Position numbers and translations under genes: made by a program | Shown here: positions 26,140 to 34,987 of the stretch, one piece after another | Layout: every line of letters begins with the position of its first letter | Numbering within the stretch: the stretch's first letter is position 1 | Notes under the pieces: generated by a model | Database searches by the model: none | Told to the model about the DNA's origin: nothing | The model's input: only the letters and a program-made list of their open reading frames with translations | NCBI GenBank assembly: GCA_945870025.1 | Contig: CAMBQN010000002.1 | Span: 75,762-139,761, forward strand | Reading direction: 5' to 3' | DNA from: Akkermansia muciniphila | Lineage (GTDB): Bacteria; Verrucomicrobiota; Kiritimatiellia; RFP12; JAAYNR01 | DNA length: 64,000 nt

Positions 26140-28606
26140 ATACACCTCTGGGATTCGTTATGGTGCCCGACTTGAGAACCAATTGGGAAGGCGCTCCGTC
26201 ATAGACTAGGCCGGGGACCGACGGCGCCGACGAGGCGCCGCCGGCGGCTCGGTCCGCGGCGACCGCCACGATCCGCAGCTCCCGCCGACGCACCAGGGAC
26301 GGGAAGTCGCCCTGACGACGGCCCAAACGTAGCTCACACGACTCGTCGTCCCACGCCAGCGGCGTGATCGCGGATTGGCTGGCCTGGTAGGCAAGCCCCT
26401 CGCCGGCATCCTCGTAGATGTCGAACGACCCGTTTCGCCCCGGATAGACGCGAATCTCCCATGCCGCGTCGGGCTGCTCGCCGGTGTGCTGCACGATGGG
26501 CCCCAGCGGCAGAATCGAACCCGCGCGCACGAACAAGGGGATGCGATCCAGCGGCGCATCGGCCACGAGCGTCTGGCCGCCGGCGTGGCGGCGGCCGGTC
26601 CAGAAATCGTACCAGTCGGTTCCGGCCGGCAGGTACACGGGGCGCGTCTGCGGCACACCCGTCAGCGCGGCGGAACCGGGGCCGTAGTACATCGGCGTCG
26701 TCACCGGGCAGACCAGGAGCGCCGGCCCGAACATGAACTGGTCCTTCAAGTCATGAACGGCTGGATCGTCGGGGAAATCGAAGGCCAGGAGGCGCATGGG
26801 CGTGTAGTCGCGGTGGTAGGTCCAGCCGGCCAACGAATACAAGTACGGCAGCAGCCGGTACCGCAGGTGCAGCGCGGACACCAGCGCATCGTGGAACGGG
26901 GTGCCCGGCTCGCCGAAGCGCCAGACCTCGCGCGGGGTGTCCGTGCCATGCGAACGGAACATGGGCAGGAATGCGCCGTACTGGAACCATCGGACATAAA
27001 GTTCGCGATAGCCGAGATCGTCCACGCCCGCGTCGAAGTCGCCGGTCCAAAACCAGTTATTGTGCGAGTCGCGCACGAAAAAGGCGCCGATATCGGTGGT
27101 CCACCATGGACTGCCCGTGGCGCAGAAGTTGAGTCCCGCCGGAATCTGCCGGGCCAGCGTTTCCCAGCGCGCCGTCACGTCGCCCGACCAGGTGACGGTC
27201 CCATAGCGCTGCTGACCGGGGTAGGCCGAGCGCGTGAGGTTCAGCATGCGCCGGTCCGGCGCCTCGCGCAACTGGTTCTCGTACAAGCCCTGCGAATGCA
27301 CGAGCGAGTAGGCATTGATGTATTCGGGATCGAGATGTTTCTTGAATTCCGTGGTGTCCACGAGCATCTGCTGAAAGGGCTCGGGTTTCACCCGGCCGTT
27401 CCAGTCGGCCTCGAACGGCTCGGTGCAGTCGCACCACCAGGCATCGATCCCATAGCGGAAATACCCCTCGCGGGCCTGTTTCCAGTACAACTCGCGCGCC
27501 ACGGGATTGAAGGCGTCGTAGACCGAACCCGACTGGTCGCTTGCGCCGAGCATGAAACCCGCTGCCGCCATCTCGGCGGCGTTCGGTCCGCCGCGCATAA
27601 CGGGCCAGATGGACACCATCAGGCGGACGTTGAGAGCGTGCAGTTCATCCGTTAGGCGCGAAGGATCGGGAAAGCGCGTCGGATCGAACTGCTTTTCGCC
27701 CCACATGCCGTCCGGCCAGGTGCACCAGTCCTGCACGATGACGTCGAGCGGCAGACCGCGACGGCGGTATTCCGCCGCCACGTCGAGCAACTCCTGCTGC
27801 GTCACGTAGCGCTCCTTACTCTGCACGTAGCCCAGCGCCCAGCGCGGCAGCAGCACTGCCTTGCCGGTGAGCCGGCGGCAACCGGCCACCAGTTCGTCAA
27901 ACGACGGCCCGTGAAGGAAGTAGTACTCCAGTTCGTCCTCGACGTCGCACCACAGGTAGGAACCATGTCCATCGTCGTGAAAGCTGCCGAGGCTGCAACT
28001 GTCCAGAAGGACCGCCCAGCCGCGCGTGCTGAGCAGCATGGGCATGGCCACCTTCATGTTCTGCTGGAAGAGAAACTCCTGCTGGCCGCGGTAGTTGAGA
28101 ATTCCCTGCTCATGCTGGCCGAGTCCATAGAGGGCCTCGCCGGGTTGGAACTCGAATTGAAGTTTGGTGTGCCAGCCGGTGCGCACGGTTTCGTAGCGCA
28201 CCTCGTCGGCCTTGCTGCGTTCGCCGTCCACCCCCACTACCGCACGCATTCCGGCGAGAATCGCGCGCTGCACCGGGGTGGGGTCGAGCACCATGCTCTC
28301 GCGTCGCGGCTGACGGGTGAGCAGCTTCCCCGCGGCGTCCCGCCAGGTGAAGCGGCCGCTCGCCCGATCAATCTCGAGCGTCAGGCGATCCGTGGCCAGC
28401 CGGAGCACGCCGCCCTCTTCGCGCACCGCCAGCGGAGTCGGTACGGGCGGCGCCACAATCATCAGACTGGGTTTTTCGCTGAAACCGGCCTCGCGGGTGT
28501 AGCGCACGCGCACGATCCCGGCACCTCGCGCCTGGATATGAATCTGCCCGGCGTCCGTACCGAGCCACAGCCCGTCATCGCGATGTTCGTATTGATTGAT
28601 TTTCAT
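26126..28606 (-). CDS. GH31 family alpha-glucosidase/alpha-xylosidase
   Basis: The ORF extends to 28675 into a REP copy; the preferred start is ATG 28606 (MKINQYEH). GH31 motifs: PRWALGYVQSKERY, nucleophile region GIDAWWCDCTEPF, TVTWSGDVTARWETL, YGAFLPMFRSHG. Confidence 0.85.
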   Translation of the reverse strand: MKINQYEHRDDGLWLGTDAGQIHIQARGAGIVRVRYTREAGFSEKPSLMIVAPPVPTPLAVREEGGVLRLATDRLTLEIDRASGRFTWRDAAGKLLTRQPRRESMVLDPTPVQRAILAGMRAVVGVDGERSKADEVRYETVRTGWHTKLQFEFQPGEALYGLGQHEQGILNYRGQQEFLFQQNMKVAMPMLLSTRGWAVLLDSCSLGSFHDDGHGSYLWCDVEDELEYYFLHGPSFDELVAGCRRLTGKAVLLPRWALGYVQSKERYVTQQELLDVAAEYRRRGLPLDVIVQDWCTWPDGMWGEKQFDPTRFPDPSRLTDELHALNVRLMVSIWPVMRGGPNAAEMAAAGFMLGASDQSGSVYDAFNPVARELYWKQAREGYFRYGIDAWWCDCTEPFEADWNGRVKPEPFQQMLVDTTEFKKHLDPEYINAYSLVHSQGLYENQLREAPDRRMLNLTRSAYPGQQRYGTVTWSGDVTARWETLARQIPAGLNFCATGSPWWTTDIGAFFVRDSHNNWFWTGDFDAGVDDLGYRELYVRWFQYGAFLPMFRSHGTDTPREVWRFGEPGTPFHDALVSALHLRYRLLPYLYSLAGWTYHRDYTPMRLLAFDFPDDPAVHDLKDQFMFGPALLVCPVTTPMYYGPGSAALTGVPQTRPVYLPAGTDWYDFWTGRRHAGGQTLVADAPLDRIPLFVRAGSILPLGPIVQHTGEQPDAAWEIRVYPGRNGSFDIYEDAGEGLAYQASQSAITPLAWDDESCELRLGRRQGDFPSLVRRRELRIVAVAADRAAGGASSAPSVPGLVYDGAPSQLVLKSGTITNPRGVYESF

Positions 28607-28632
28607 GGAAGGGAATGATGGATAAGAAATCA

Positions 28633-28758
28633 AGATTTCAGGGTCAGACCTAGAATCTAGATTTTTAGCTTGCATGGTTGTCGCCTTTTACTCTTAGATT
28701 TCAGGGTCAGACCTAGAATCTAGATTTTTAGCTTGCATGGTTGTCGCCTTTTACTCTT
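28633..28758. repeat. Perfect 63-bp tandem duplication containing the REP-like motif and the 3' end of the RAYT gene
   Basis: 28633-28695 and 28696-28758 are identical (agatttcagggtcagacctagaatctagatttttagcttgcatggttgtcgccttttactctt). Copy 2 contains the last 31 nt of the 28728-29765 CDS. Confidence 0.9.
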
Positions 28759-29765
28759 TGCAGTGCGCTCAGACGCCGGAGGAGTTCCCGCTCGGCCTCT
28801 GCGAATTCAGGCTCTTGCGCCAGCGCCGCTTGCGCCCGCTTCCGGGCCTTCCCGACCGCCGACTCGCTCCCGTACCCCAAGTGGCTCGCCACCGCGCGTT
28901 GCGAAGCGTCGCTCAGGCGGCAGCACCACTCCACCACGAGCGCCTTGCGGTCTCCCAACCGGTGCCCGTTGACGCGCACGTCCGACAGGACGACACCCAG
29001 CACGCCAGCGGCCTCCCCCGCCACGGTCTCCAAAGCCAGACGCCGCTCCGCGGGCCAGTCAACGTCCCCCGTTTTCGCCCGCTCCGGCCAACTTTTCATC
29101 ACCGCCTGTTCCGTTTCCGCCCGGAACTGCTCGTCGCCTATGGCGTACCGGCTCTTGCCGATCTCATCCAGAAGGAACGTATCCTCCTTGCCCAGCATCG
29201 ACTCGACGAAACTGCGGTACGCCCGCCTGTTCTCCCGATCCGAACGTCGCCCCATGATCGCCAGCCAGCGATAGTCCATCCGCGGTTCCGGCTCCGCCAA
29301 GTCGGCGTACCCACAGTAGCTGCTGTACAACCGCCCCCGTAGCACGTCCCGCTTGTCATCCGACGAGGTCGGCTCCATCCCCTTCACCTTGACCGGGTTC
29401 AGGTGGATGTAGCGTGTCAGCCCGAGAATGTAGCGATCCCCCGCCACCAGCTTCGCCCCGTAACGCCCCTGGAAACAGTGCCCCGGCCGGCCATGCTTGA
29501 AACGGAAGTACATGCCGTACGCCGTGTTCAACCGCTGCATGAACCGATGCACGTTCCCTGCGGGCGTCTCGACGAACAGATGGTAATGGTTCGGCATGAG
29601 CACGTAGGCATACAGGACAACCCCGTCCGCCTCCAGCGCGGCGTCCAGTTGCTCCAGGAACCGCTCATAGTCACCGGGCTCCAGAAACACGGCCGCGCGA
29701 CCGTTCCCCCTCACCGTCAGGTGATACTTCGCTCCCGCATATCGAACTCGCCAAGGTCGTGCCAT
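28728..29765 (-). CDS. REP-associated tyrosine transposase-like (IS200/Y1 HUH) protein with a DnaA-C-like HTH C-terminal domain
   Basis: 345 aa. The Y1 transposase core has YHLTVRGNGRAAVF, the HUH motif MPNHYHLFVE, and QGRYGAKLV (catalytic Tyr region). The C-terminus ALVVEWCCRLSDASQRAVASHLGYGSESAVGKARKR resembles the DnaA domain IV HTH. The gene is flanked by inverted REP-like repeats. Confidence 0.8.
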   Translation of the reverse strand: MARPWRVRYAGAKYHLTVRGNGRAAVFLEPGDYERFLEQLDAALEADGVVLYAYVLMPNHYHLFVETPAGNVHRFMQRLNTAYGMYFRFKHGRPGHCFQGRYGAKLVAGDRYILGLTRYIHLNPVKVKGMEPTSSDDKRDVLRGRLYSSYCGYADLAEPEPRMDYRWLAIMGRRSDRENRRAYRSFVESMLGKEDTFLLDEIGKSRYAIGDEQFRAETEQAVMKSWPERAKTGDVDWPAERRLALETVAGEAAGVLGVVLSDVRVNGHRLGDRKALVVEWCCRLSDASQRAVASHLGYGSESAVGKARKRAQAALAQEPEFAEAERELLRRLSALQRVKGDNHAS

Positions 29766-29796
29766 GTCGCAACCTTACCATTCCCTGACTTCGCAC

Positions 29797-29916
29797 TGCA
29801 ACAACTTTCTAGATTCTAGGTCTGACCCTGATAACCTAGATTCTAGGTCTGACCCTGATAACCTGCCCTGATAACCGTGCAACAACTTTCTAGATTCTAG
29901 GCCTGACCCTGATAAC
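29797..29916. repeat. REP-like repeat array (3 full/partial copies plus one fragment) upstream of the RAYT gene
   Basis: tgcaacaactttctagattctagg(t/c)ctgaccctgataacc occurs at 29797-29836 and 29877-29916. A shorter tagattctaggtctgaccctgataacc lies at 29837-29863, and the fragment tgccctgataacc at 29864-29876. The core is the reverse complement of tcagggtcagacctagaatctag, found downstream of the gene. Confidence 0.85.
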
Positions 29917-29992
29917 CGGATGACAGAACTTCGCGAGCAACTTGTTCTCGGCGAAGGTGCACGTCACGAGCAACACGTTGCGCAGGGATGCC

Positions 29993-32900
29993 TCACTTAC
30001 CTCCGCCAGACATATCGAAAAGCAGATCATTCAGCAGCGCGCCGGACTTGGAGTCCTTGAACGGCAGGGAAACATCGCCGGGCACGGCCGACTTATTCTC
30101 TTCCGACTTCCATTCGACCTGCAGCGTATTGGCACCCTTGTGAATATGGAACGTCTTGGCGCGGTCGGTTTCCTTTGCCGTCGAGTCGTACACCAGCTTG
30201 TCGTTGAGCCAGACGCGCACGCTATGACGGACCTGATCGGTGACGTTCGGAAACGAGGGCCATGCGTTGACAATGGCCTCGCGGTCAGCAGGCGCCAGCA
30301 GCCGTGTGACCGCTATGCAGGAAGAACCGCGCGTCGGCAACGGGCCAAGCGAGCGGAACGGAATCGTGCCGTCACAGGGCGCCACCGGTCTCCATCCTTC
30401 CGGCGGTTTGTCCATCTTGAAGAGGCCTCCCGGCACTCCCGTGGGCCCGATGTCTTCCGTGATGCCCGACACGTCAAGCCCGGCGGCGTCTGGACCGCCG
30501 CTATCGGCCCCGCTTTCCGGCCCCGTCTTCTTGTGGATAGAGACCCACCAGCGCGCCTGACTGCGCAGTACCACGGGCACCTCCCCGTTTTGCGGCACGC
30601 CATTCGAGACCACCACGCGATAGGGGATCCGGAACAAACCATCGTTGGTAAAGCCCTGGCGGGGGACAGGGAACGATGCGAACGCTGCCGCATAGGGCGC
30701 AACCTCCACACGCCGGGAGGTCACAGGGATGGCCATACCGGACAAGGGCTGAATCTCGACGGTCATGGCGACCGCGCGATTGGCGGCATTGGTGATGCGC
30801 AGCGCCACCTCGCCACCTGTCAGCGATGCGATGGCCGAACGCGAACCCTCCTTGGGCGCCACCATAATCCGCGGATCCAGGAACTGTTCCGCCAGCACGT
30901 CCCCGCCGGGTATCCGAATCCGGACCGGCAGCGTCCGACCGCCATTCTGGGCGGCGCGGACGGCCGCGTCACCACTCAACACGGTCAGGATCTTGAACGG
31001 CATGGCAACTTTCGGCGCAACCGTGAAAGTGCGCGACGCCGTACCCTCCGGGAAGCACGCCTCGGGCAGGGTGGTGGCCAGCTCAACCTGCAGCGGCTTG
31101 TCCCCCGCATTCTTGAACTGTCCGGAAAGTTCGAAGATTCCGATGTCGTATCCGATCAGATGGGGCAGGGGATTCACCTGCAACGGCGAGTCTTTATCCT
31201 GCCTGACCGGCGCAGTGCGCACGGCATGCGAACCGTAACGCCCGGTTCGATCGCCGGCGCCATCCTTCCCAATGGCATCCCGCACTTCCCCAATGCGACT
31301 CATATCGGAAGGAACAAGCCAAAAGCCAAGCATATGCCCCCATGCAAACCAGTCATTAAAGACATCGCTCACGGGGTTCTCAACAGGCCAGTCCGCCGGC
31401 CACGCCACCACCCCATCGCTGCAAGGCGATATCCAAAGACCGGGGATACTCGGATGCATGAATGTCTGCGAGTACGAAGGGTCTACCCCCGCCAACGCGC
31501 CTTCGCCGTGTGTCCCCTTGAAGTAGAACCCAGGCTCATTCCTGACCATCCAAGGCCATTCGAACGGAATGCCACTGAGGCTGAGTTCCCGGATTCCCCA
31601 ATACGAGGGGGGCGGAGCGGCCGCTGTCGTTCCGCTCCCGGCGTTGCTGTCGATGGGAAGACCCACCGCAGGCGCACAGGCGGCGGCACCCCAGGCGTCG
31701 TCTTCGCGAGCCACGTCGCGCGGTCCGCGGCAGGCCTTCTCGTATTCCAAGTCCGTTATCGGACGCAAACCCGCCCAGGCGGTATAAGAGTAAATCCGGG
31801 AATAGGGAAGAAAGTTGCACGCCCGGTCCGGTGCCTCAGCCGTGTAAACCCCTTTGTCCGACACGCGCCGGATGGAGAAGCGGTTGATGTTGTAACCGCA
31901 AGAATAGCGAAGTTCGTCCTGTACAACCGGCAGTGAATTGAGAAAGTCGGCGTACTGCCCCTGGCTGATCGAATACTTCATGCAGTAGAAGGCCCCGTAA
32001 CCGTTGGGCCACGCATCGCTCTTCGGCGCAGTTCCGGCATCGAGTCGAAGCTTGCGTATGCGGTCGACGTGGTTCGTTACATACCAATGCCCGAAGACCG
32101 CAGCCTGTCCTACGCGATACCCACCCATTTTCGTCGCATCTCCGTTGTCGATGGGTGACAACGGGTGGCCCCAGGGGCCCTTTGTTTTGAACGGGCCTTG
32201 CGGCACGTAAACCATCGGGATGGCGTGAACGCGCAGATCAGTAATCAGCGTTCGGGGTTCAGTGTTCAGGGAAGAACGCCATTTCAGCGTCACACCCTTG
32301 TAGGCGACCGGTCCGCGCCCGGGGGCGTCGCGATAGATAAACACGCCGACGCCGTTGGAGCCGTCCTCATTCAGGCCGACTTCCATGGCCGCGCCAACGG
32401 GCACCTGGTGCCGCGCTGCGTCTGCGTCGAGCGCCGCGTGTTGCCAGAGGTTGCTCTTCGCGCCCGTCGCGTCGAGAAGCTTGACAAAGACCCAGGCCGC
32501 ATCCCAGCTCTCGACCTTCAGCGGCTTACCGGTGACGTTCTTCTCCGCCGGCTCATCCCATTTCGCCCGCCAGGAGTTATCCCAGGCCAGATCGAACGTC
32601 ACGGTGTTGTCGTCCCGGGCGCCGGCTTTCCATATCACGTTGGTTATCCGGATCGTGTCGTGGGCGACCTCCGCGAAAACCGTTTCCGGCTTCGCTCTGG
32701 AAACTGACGCCGCCGGTGCCGGCGCCACCCGGACCGGCCGGGCCCCCGCCGTCCGTACGCCGCGCCAGGTCGAGCAGTACCAGCGTTTGTCGCGATATCC
32801 TCCCTCGCCCACAGGCCCGTTGCAGGGAGAATTGGCCGTCCCGCGATAACCCATCCCGAGGCCCCATCGAGCGCCGGGGACCGCCCAATCGGACGGAACC

Positions 32901-34735
32901 GCAGGACCGGGAATGGTGCCGGAAGGCACGCGGCCGTCACCGTGCGACCCGCGGAAGGCACGCCCGTTTCGGGCTCCTGCTGGTATGGCATCCGAACCGG
33001 GGAAGCCGGCCGCCCCCGTGGTTCCGACAGGTATGGCGAAGGTGGTGGTCTCCATGCTCATGACGCCCCAGTACGATGCGCCCGCAGCAATCCGGTCGCT
33101 GTCGGGTGTGGCGAAGATTCCCGCCCGTACCGCCTGAAAGCCCCTCAAGTCATTCCAATTTAATAAATGGTTCCAGACCAGAGCCTGACAATTCCCCGTA
33201 TCGTAGTGCTCGGTCGGCAGGCCTGCATCCAGCAAATTGGTCGCCACGATCAGCGCCGTCGAACCCCAGGCGTGCTCGTACGGCACCGGGTTGAGCGGCC
33301 CCCGGCAGGCCTTCTCGAATTCCAACTCCGTCATCGGCCGCAGCCCGGCCCAGCCGGCGTACGCATACCCGTCCTGCCATAGGAGGTAATTGCACATCCG
33401 GTGCGGCAGTCTGGCCGTGTAGACCGGGGGACTATTCGGTCCCTTCTTCTCAGGTTCAAGCAATGCCATCATCTTGTCGGTCTCAAGATCTGGCGTCTCG
33501 TCATCCACTGCCACCTGCTTCGGCTTCGGTGCGATCCGGGTAACGCCCGATGCGGTGATGGTATTCCCCCCCTCCTCCCACGAATAGGGCTTCGCGGGAT
33601 CCATATGAACCTCTCCCGCGGGCACCGTTGCCCGCACATCTGCCACTTCGCGCGGCAATGAGTTAAGGAAGTCCGCGTATTGTCCCTGCGTCAGCGTATA
33701 CTTCATGCAGTAGAAGGCATCGTAACCTGTCGGGTAATCGTCGCACAACGCGCCCGGCGCGCCGGGCGCGCAGGAATACGGAAATATTGTAGGGGTATGG
33801 AAGTGGGTTGTATACCCGGCGAGTCCCCAAAGCTGCCCGGCAACGGCGCCGACTCGCCGGGCACAGGTCCCGTCAGCGACCGGACCGTTCCAGGCGGCGT
33901 CCACCAGAAACGGCACGACAGGGCCGCCCCGCCAGGCACCGTCCGTGAAACTGCCAAATTCATCGTCTCCGTCGTGCAGTACCGGCATGGTAGGCCCGTC
34001 CGCGAACGGAGCGATCCTCGTCTTTGATCCCGAGCCAACCTTGAACGCGCCCTCCGGCACGTAGACCATGGCGATCGTGTGCACCTTCACGGCGGCCTTG
34101 GCCGGATCGAATCCTGCCGCGCTTGCCGCGCCGGAGCCTTTAGGCGGAGGCGGACGTGTCGCGCCGGAGCCTTCAGGCGAAGGCGGATGCAGCCAGCGCA
34201 GCTTGATACCCTTCCAGTCGTTGCGGCCGTGACCGATCGCATCGCGGTAGATGAACACCCCGATTCCCCGGCCGCCATCGTCGGTCGTGCCGACGGTGTT
34301 CGTGGCGCCAGCCGGCATCACGTGGTGCGAGGGATCCGTGTCGAGTGTGGCATGTTGCCAGTAGTTGCTTTCTATACTTTCCTTGGAATCCTTCTCCGGC
34401 AGAAACTTCACAAACACCCAAGCCGCGTCCCAGTTCTCGATCTCCAGGGGCTTGCCGGTGACGTTGTTCGTCGCCGGCTCCGTCCACTTCGCGCGCCAGG
34501 AGAAGGACCACGAGAGGTCGAACGTCACCTCGGTGTAGTCTTTATTGACGACCTTCCAACTGACGTTCGTCACCAGCAGGTCGTACGTCGGCGCGCCGTG
34601 GAACCGCGCCGCCTGATCGTTTGCCCCGAGCCCTGTAGAGGGGTTTTCCGCCAGAACGCGCGCTACGCCTGACAGCAGTAAAACGCAAGCAACCGCAATT
34701 GTCCGTATGGAATTCAGAATTCGTTGGTGTTTCAT
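29993..34735 (-). CDS. Giant secreted protein A (~1,580 aa): 2 x [unrecognised ~130-aa domain + degenerate FGE/SUMF1-like module] + beta-sandwich region + C-terminal jelly-roll-like domain
   Basis: The ORF extends to 34822; the preferred start is ATG 34735 (MKHQRILNSIRTIAVACVLLLSGVARVLA signal peptide). Repeated domain: TFDLSWSFSWRAKWTEPATNNVTGKPLEIENWDAAWVFVKF and TFDLAWDNSWRAKWDEPAEKNVTGKPLKVESWDAAWVFVKL. FGE-like motifs: FYCMKY(T/S)(L/I)(T/S)QGQYADFLNSLP, WAGLRP(M/I)T(E/D)LE(F/Y)EKACRGP, SYWG(V/I). Confidence 0.8.
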   Translation of the reverse strand: MKHQRILNSIRTIAVACVLLLSGVARVLAENPSTGLGANDQAARFHGAPTYDLLVTNVSWKVVNKDYTEVTFDLSWSFSWRAKWTEPATNNVTGKPLEIENWDAAWVFVKFLPEKDSKESIESNYWQHATLDTDPSHHVMPAGATNTVGTTDDGGRGIGVFIYRDAIGHGRNDWKGIKLRWLHPPSPEGSGATRPPPPKGSGAASAAGFDPAKAAVKVHTIAMVYVPEGAFKVGSGSKTRIAPFADGPTMPVLHDGDDEFGSFTDGAWRGGPVVPFLVDAAWNGPVADGTCARRVGAVAGQLWGLAGYTTHFHTPTIFPYSCAPGAPGALCDDYPTGYDAFYCMKYTLTQGQYADFLNSLPREVADVRATVPAGEVHMDPAKPYSWEEGGNTITASGVTRIAPKPKQVAVDDETPDLETDKMMALLEPEKKGPNSPPVYTARLPHRMCNYLLWQDGYAYAGWAGLRPMTELEFEKACRGPLNPVPYEHAWGSTALIVATNLLDAGLPTEHYDTGNCQALVWNHLLNWNDLRGFQAVRAGIFATPDSDRIAAGASYWGVMSMETTTFAIPVGTTGAAGFPGSDAIPAGARNGRAFRGSHGDGRVPSGTIPGPAVPSDWAVPGARWGLGMGYRGTANSPCNGPVGEGGYRDKRWYCSTWRGVRTAGARPVRVAPAPAASVSRAKPETVFAEVAHDTIRITNVIWKAGARDDNTVTFDLAWDNSWRAKWDEPAEKNVTGKPLKVESWDAAWVFVKLLDATGAKSNLWQHAALDADAARHQVPVGAAMEVGLNEDGSNGVGVFIYRDAPGRGPVAYKGVTLKWRSSLNTEPRTLITDLRVHAIPMVYVPQGPFKTKGPWGHPLSPIDNGDATKMGGYRVGQAAVFGHWYVTNHVDRIRKLRLDAGTAPKSDAWPNGYGAFYCMKYSISQGQYADFLNSLPVVQDELRYSCGYNINRFSIRRVSDKGVYTAEAPDRACNFLPYSRIYSYTAWAGLRPITDLEYEKACRGPRDVAREDDAWGAAACAPAVGLPIDSNAGSGTTAAAPPPSYWGIRELSLSGIPFEWPWMVRNEPGFYFKGTHGEGALAGVDPSYSQTFMHPSIPGLWISPCSDGVVAWPADWPVENPVSDVFNDWFAWGHMLGFWLVPSDMSRIGEVRDAIGKDGAGDRTGRYGSHAVRTAPVRQDKDSPLQVNPLPHLIGYDIGIFELSGQFKNAGDKPLQVELATTLPEACFPEGTASRTFTVAPKVAMPFKILTVLSGDAAVRAAQNGGRTLPVRIRIPGGDVLAEQFLDPRIMVAPKEGSRSAIASLTGGEVALRITNAANRAVAMTVEIQPLSGMAIPVTSRRVEVAPYAAAFASFPVPRQGFTNDGLFRIPYRVVVSNGVPQNGEVPVVLRSQARWWVSIHKKTGPESGADSGGPDAAGLDVSGITEDIGPTGVPGGLFKMDKPPEGWRPVAPCDGTIPFRSLGPLPTRGSSCIAVTRLLAPADREAIVNAWPSFPNVTDQVRHSVRVWLNDKLVYDSTAKETDRAKTFHIHKGANTLQVEWKSEENKSAVPGDVSLPFKDSKSGALLNDLLFDMSGGGK

Positions 34736-34790
34736 GATGTGCCTTTCTACTTTGTCTGCCTTTTCCACCGCGCTCCTGCCGTTCGTGTAC

Positions 34791-34950
34791 GCCCTCACTT
34801 GATCTCCACCTTCCGCGATCATCTGCCCCTCAGCCCAATTCCCGTGCCCAGGTCAGTTCGATCACCGTATCCAGCGGGTCCCACACATCGCCGTCGCGCA
34901 GGCTGACGCTCAAGCCTGCGTCGCTGTGCACCAGGTCAACCGCGTGTCCG
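34791..34950 (-). pseudogene. Duplicated 3' fragment of the GH29-like gene 20345-21610 (last ~40 codons plus ~33 nt of downstream sequence)
   Basis: The ~155-nt match to 20312-20465 has about 4 substitutions and one small indel by eye. It would encode ...GHAVDLVHSDAGLSVSLRDGDVWDPLDTVIELTWARELG* with no upstream ORF body. It lies wholly in the 34736-34987 intergenic region. Confidence 0.75.
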
Positions 34951-34987
34951 TAGTTCATAAGGTTCAGCCCTTCAACTGGAACGGGTA

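Noticed and set aside
29797-29916. Possible CRISPR array (closely spaced ~27-40-nt repeats)
   Set aside because: The repeats abut each other without unique spacers and differ in length. They are the inverse of the repeats on the other side of a Y1 transposase gene. No cas genes are present. The pattern fits a REP array.
34736-34822. Upstream extensions of the giant ORFs (34736-34822 and 44986-45156) and of the GH31 ORF (28607-28675)
   Set aside because: The extensions precede obvious signal peptides, or the conserved MKINQY start in the GH31 case. They fall in a duplicated gene fragment, an AT-rich promoter region and a REP copy respectively, and they lack RBS support.
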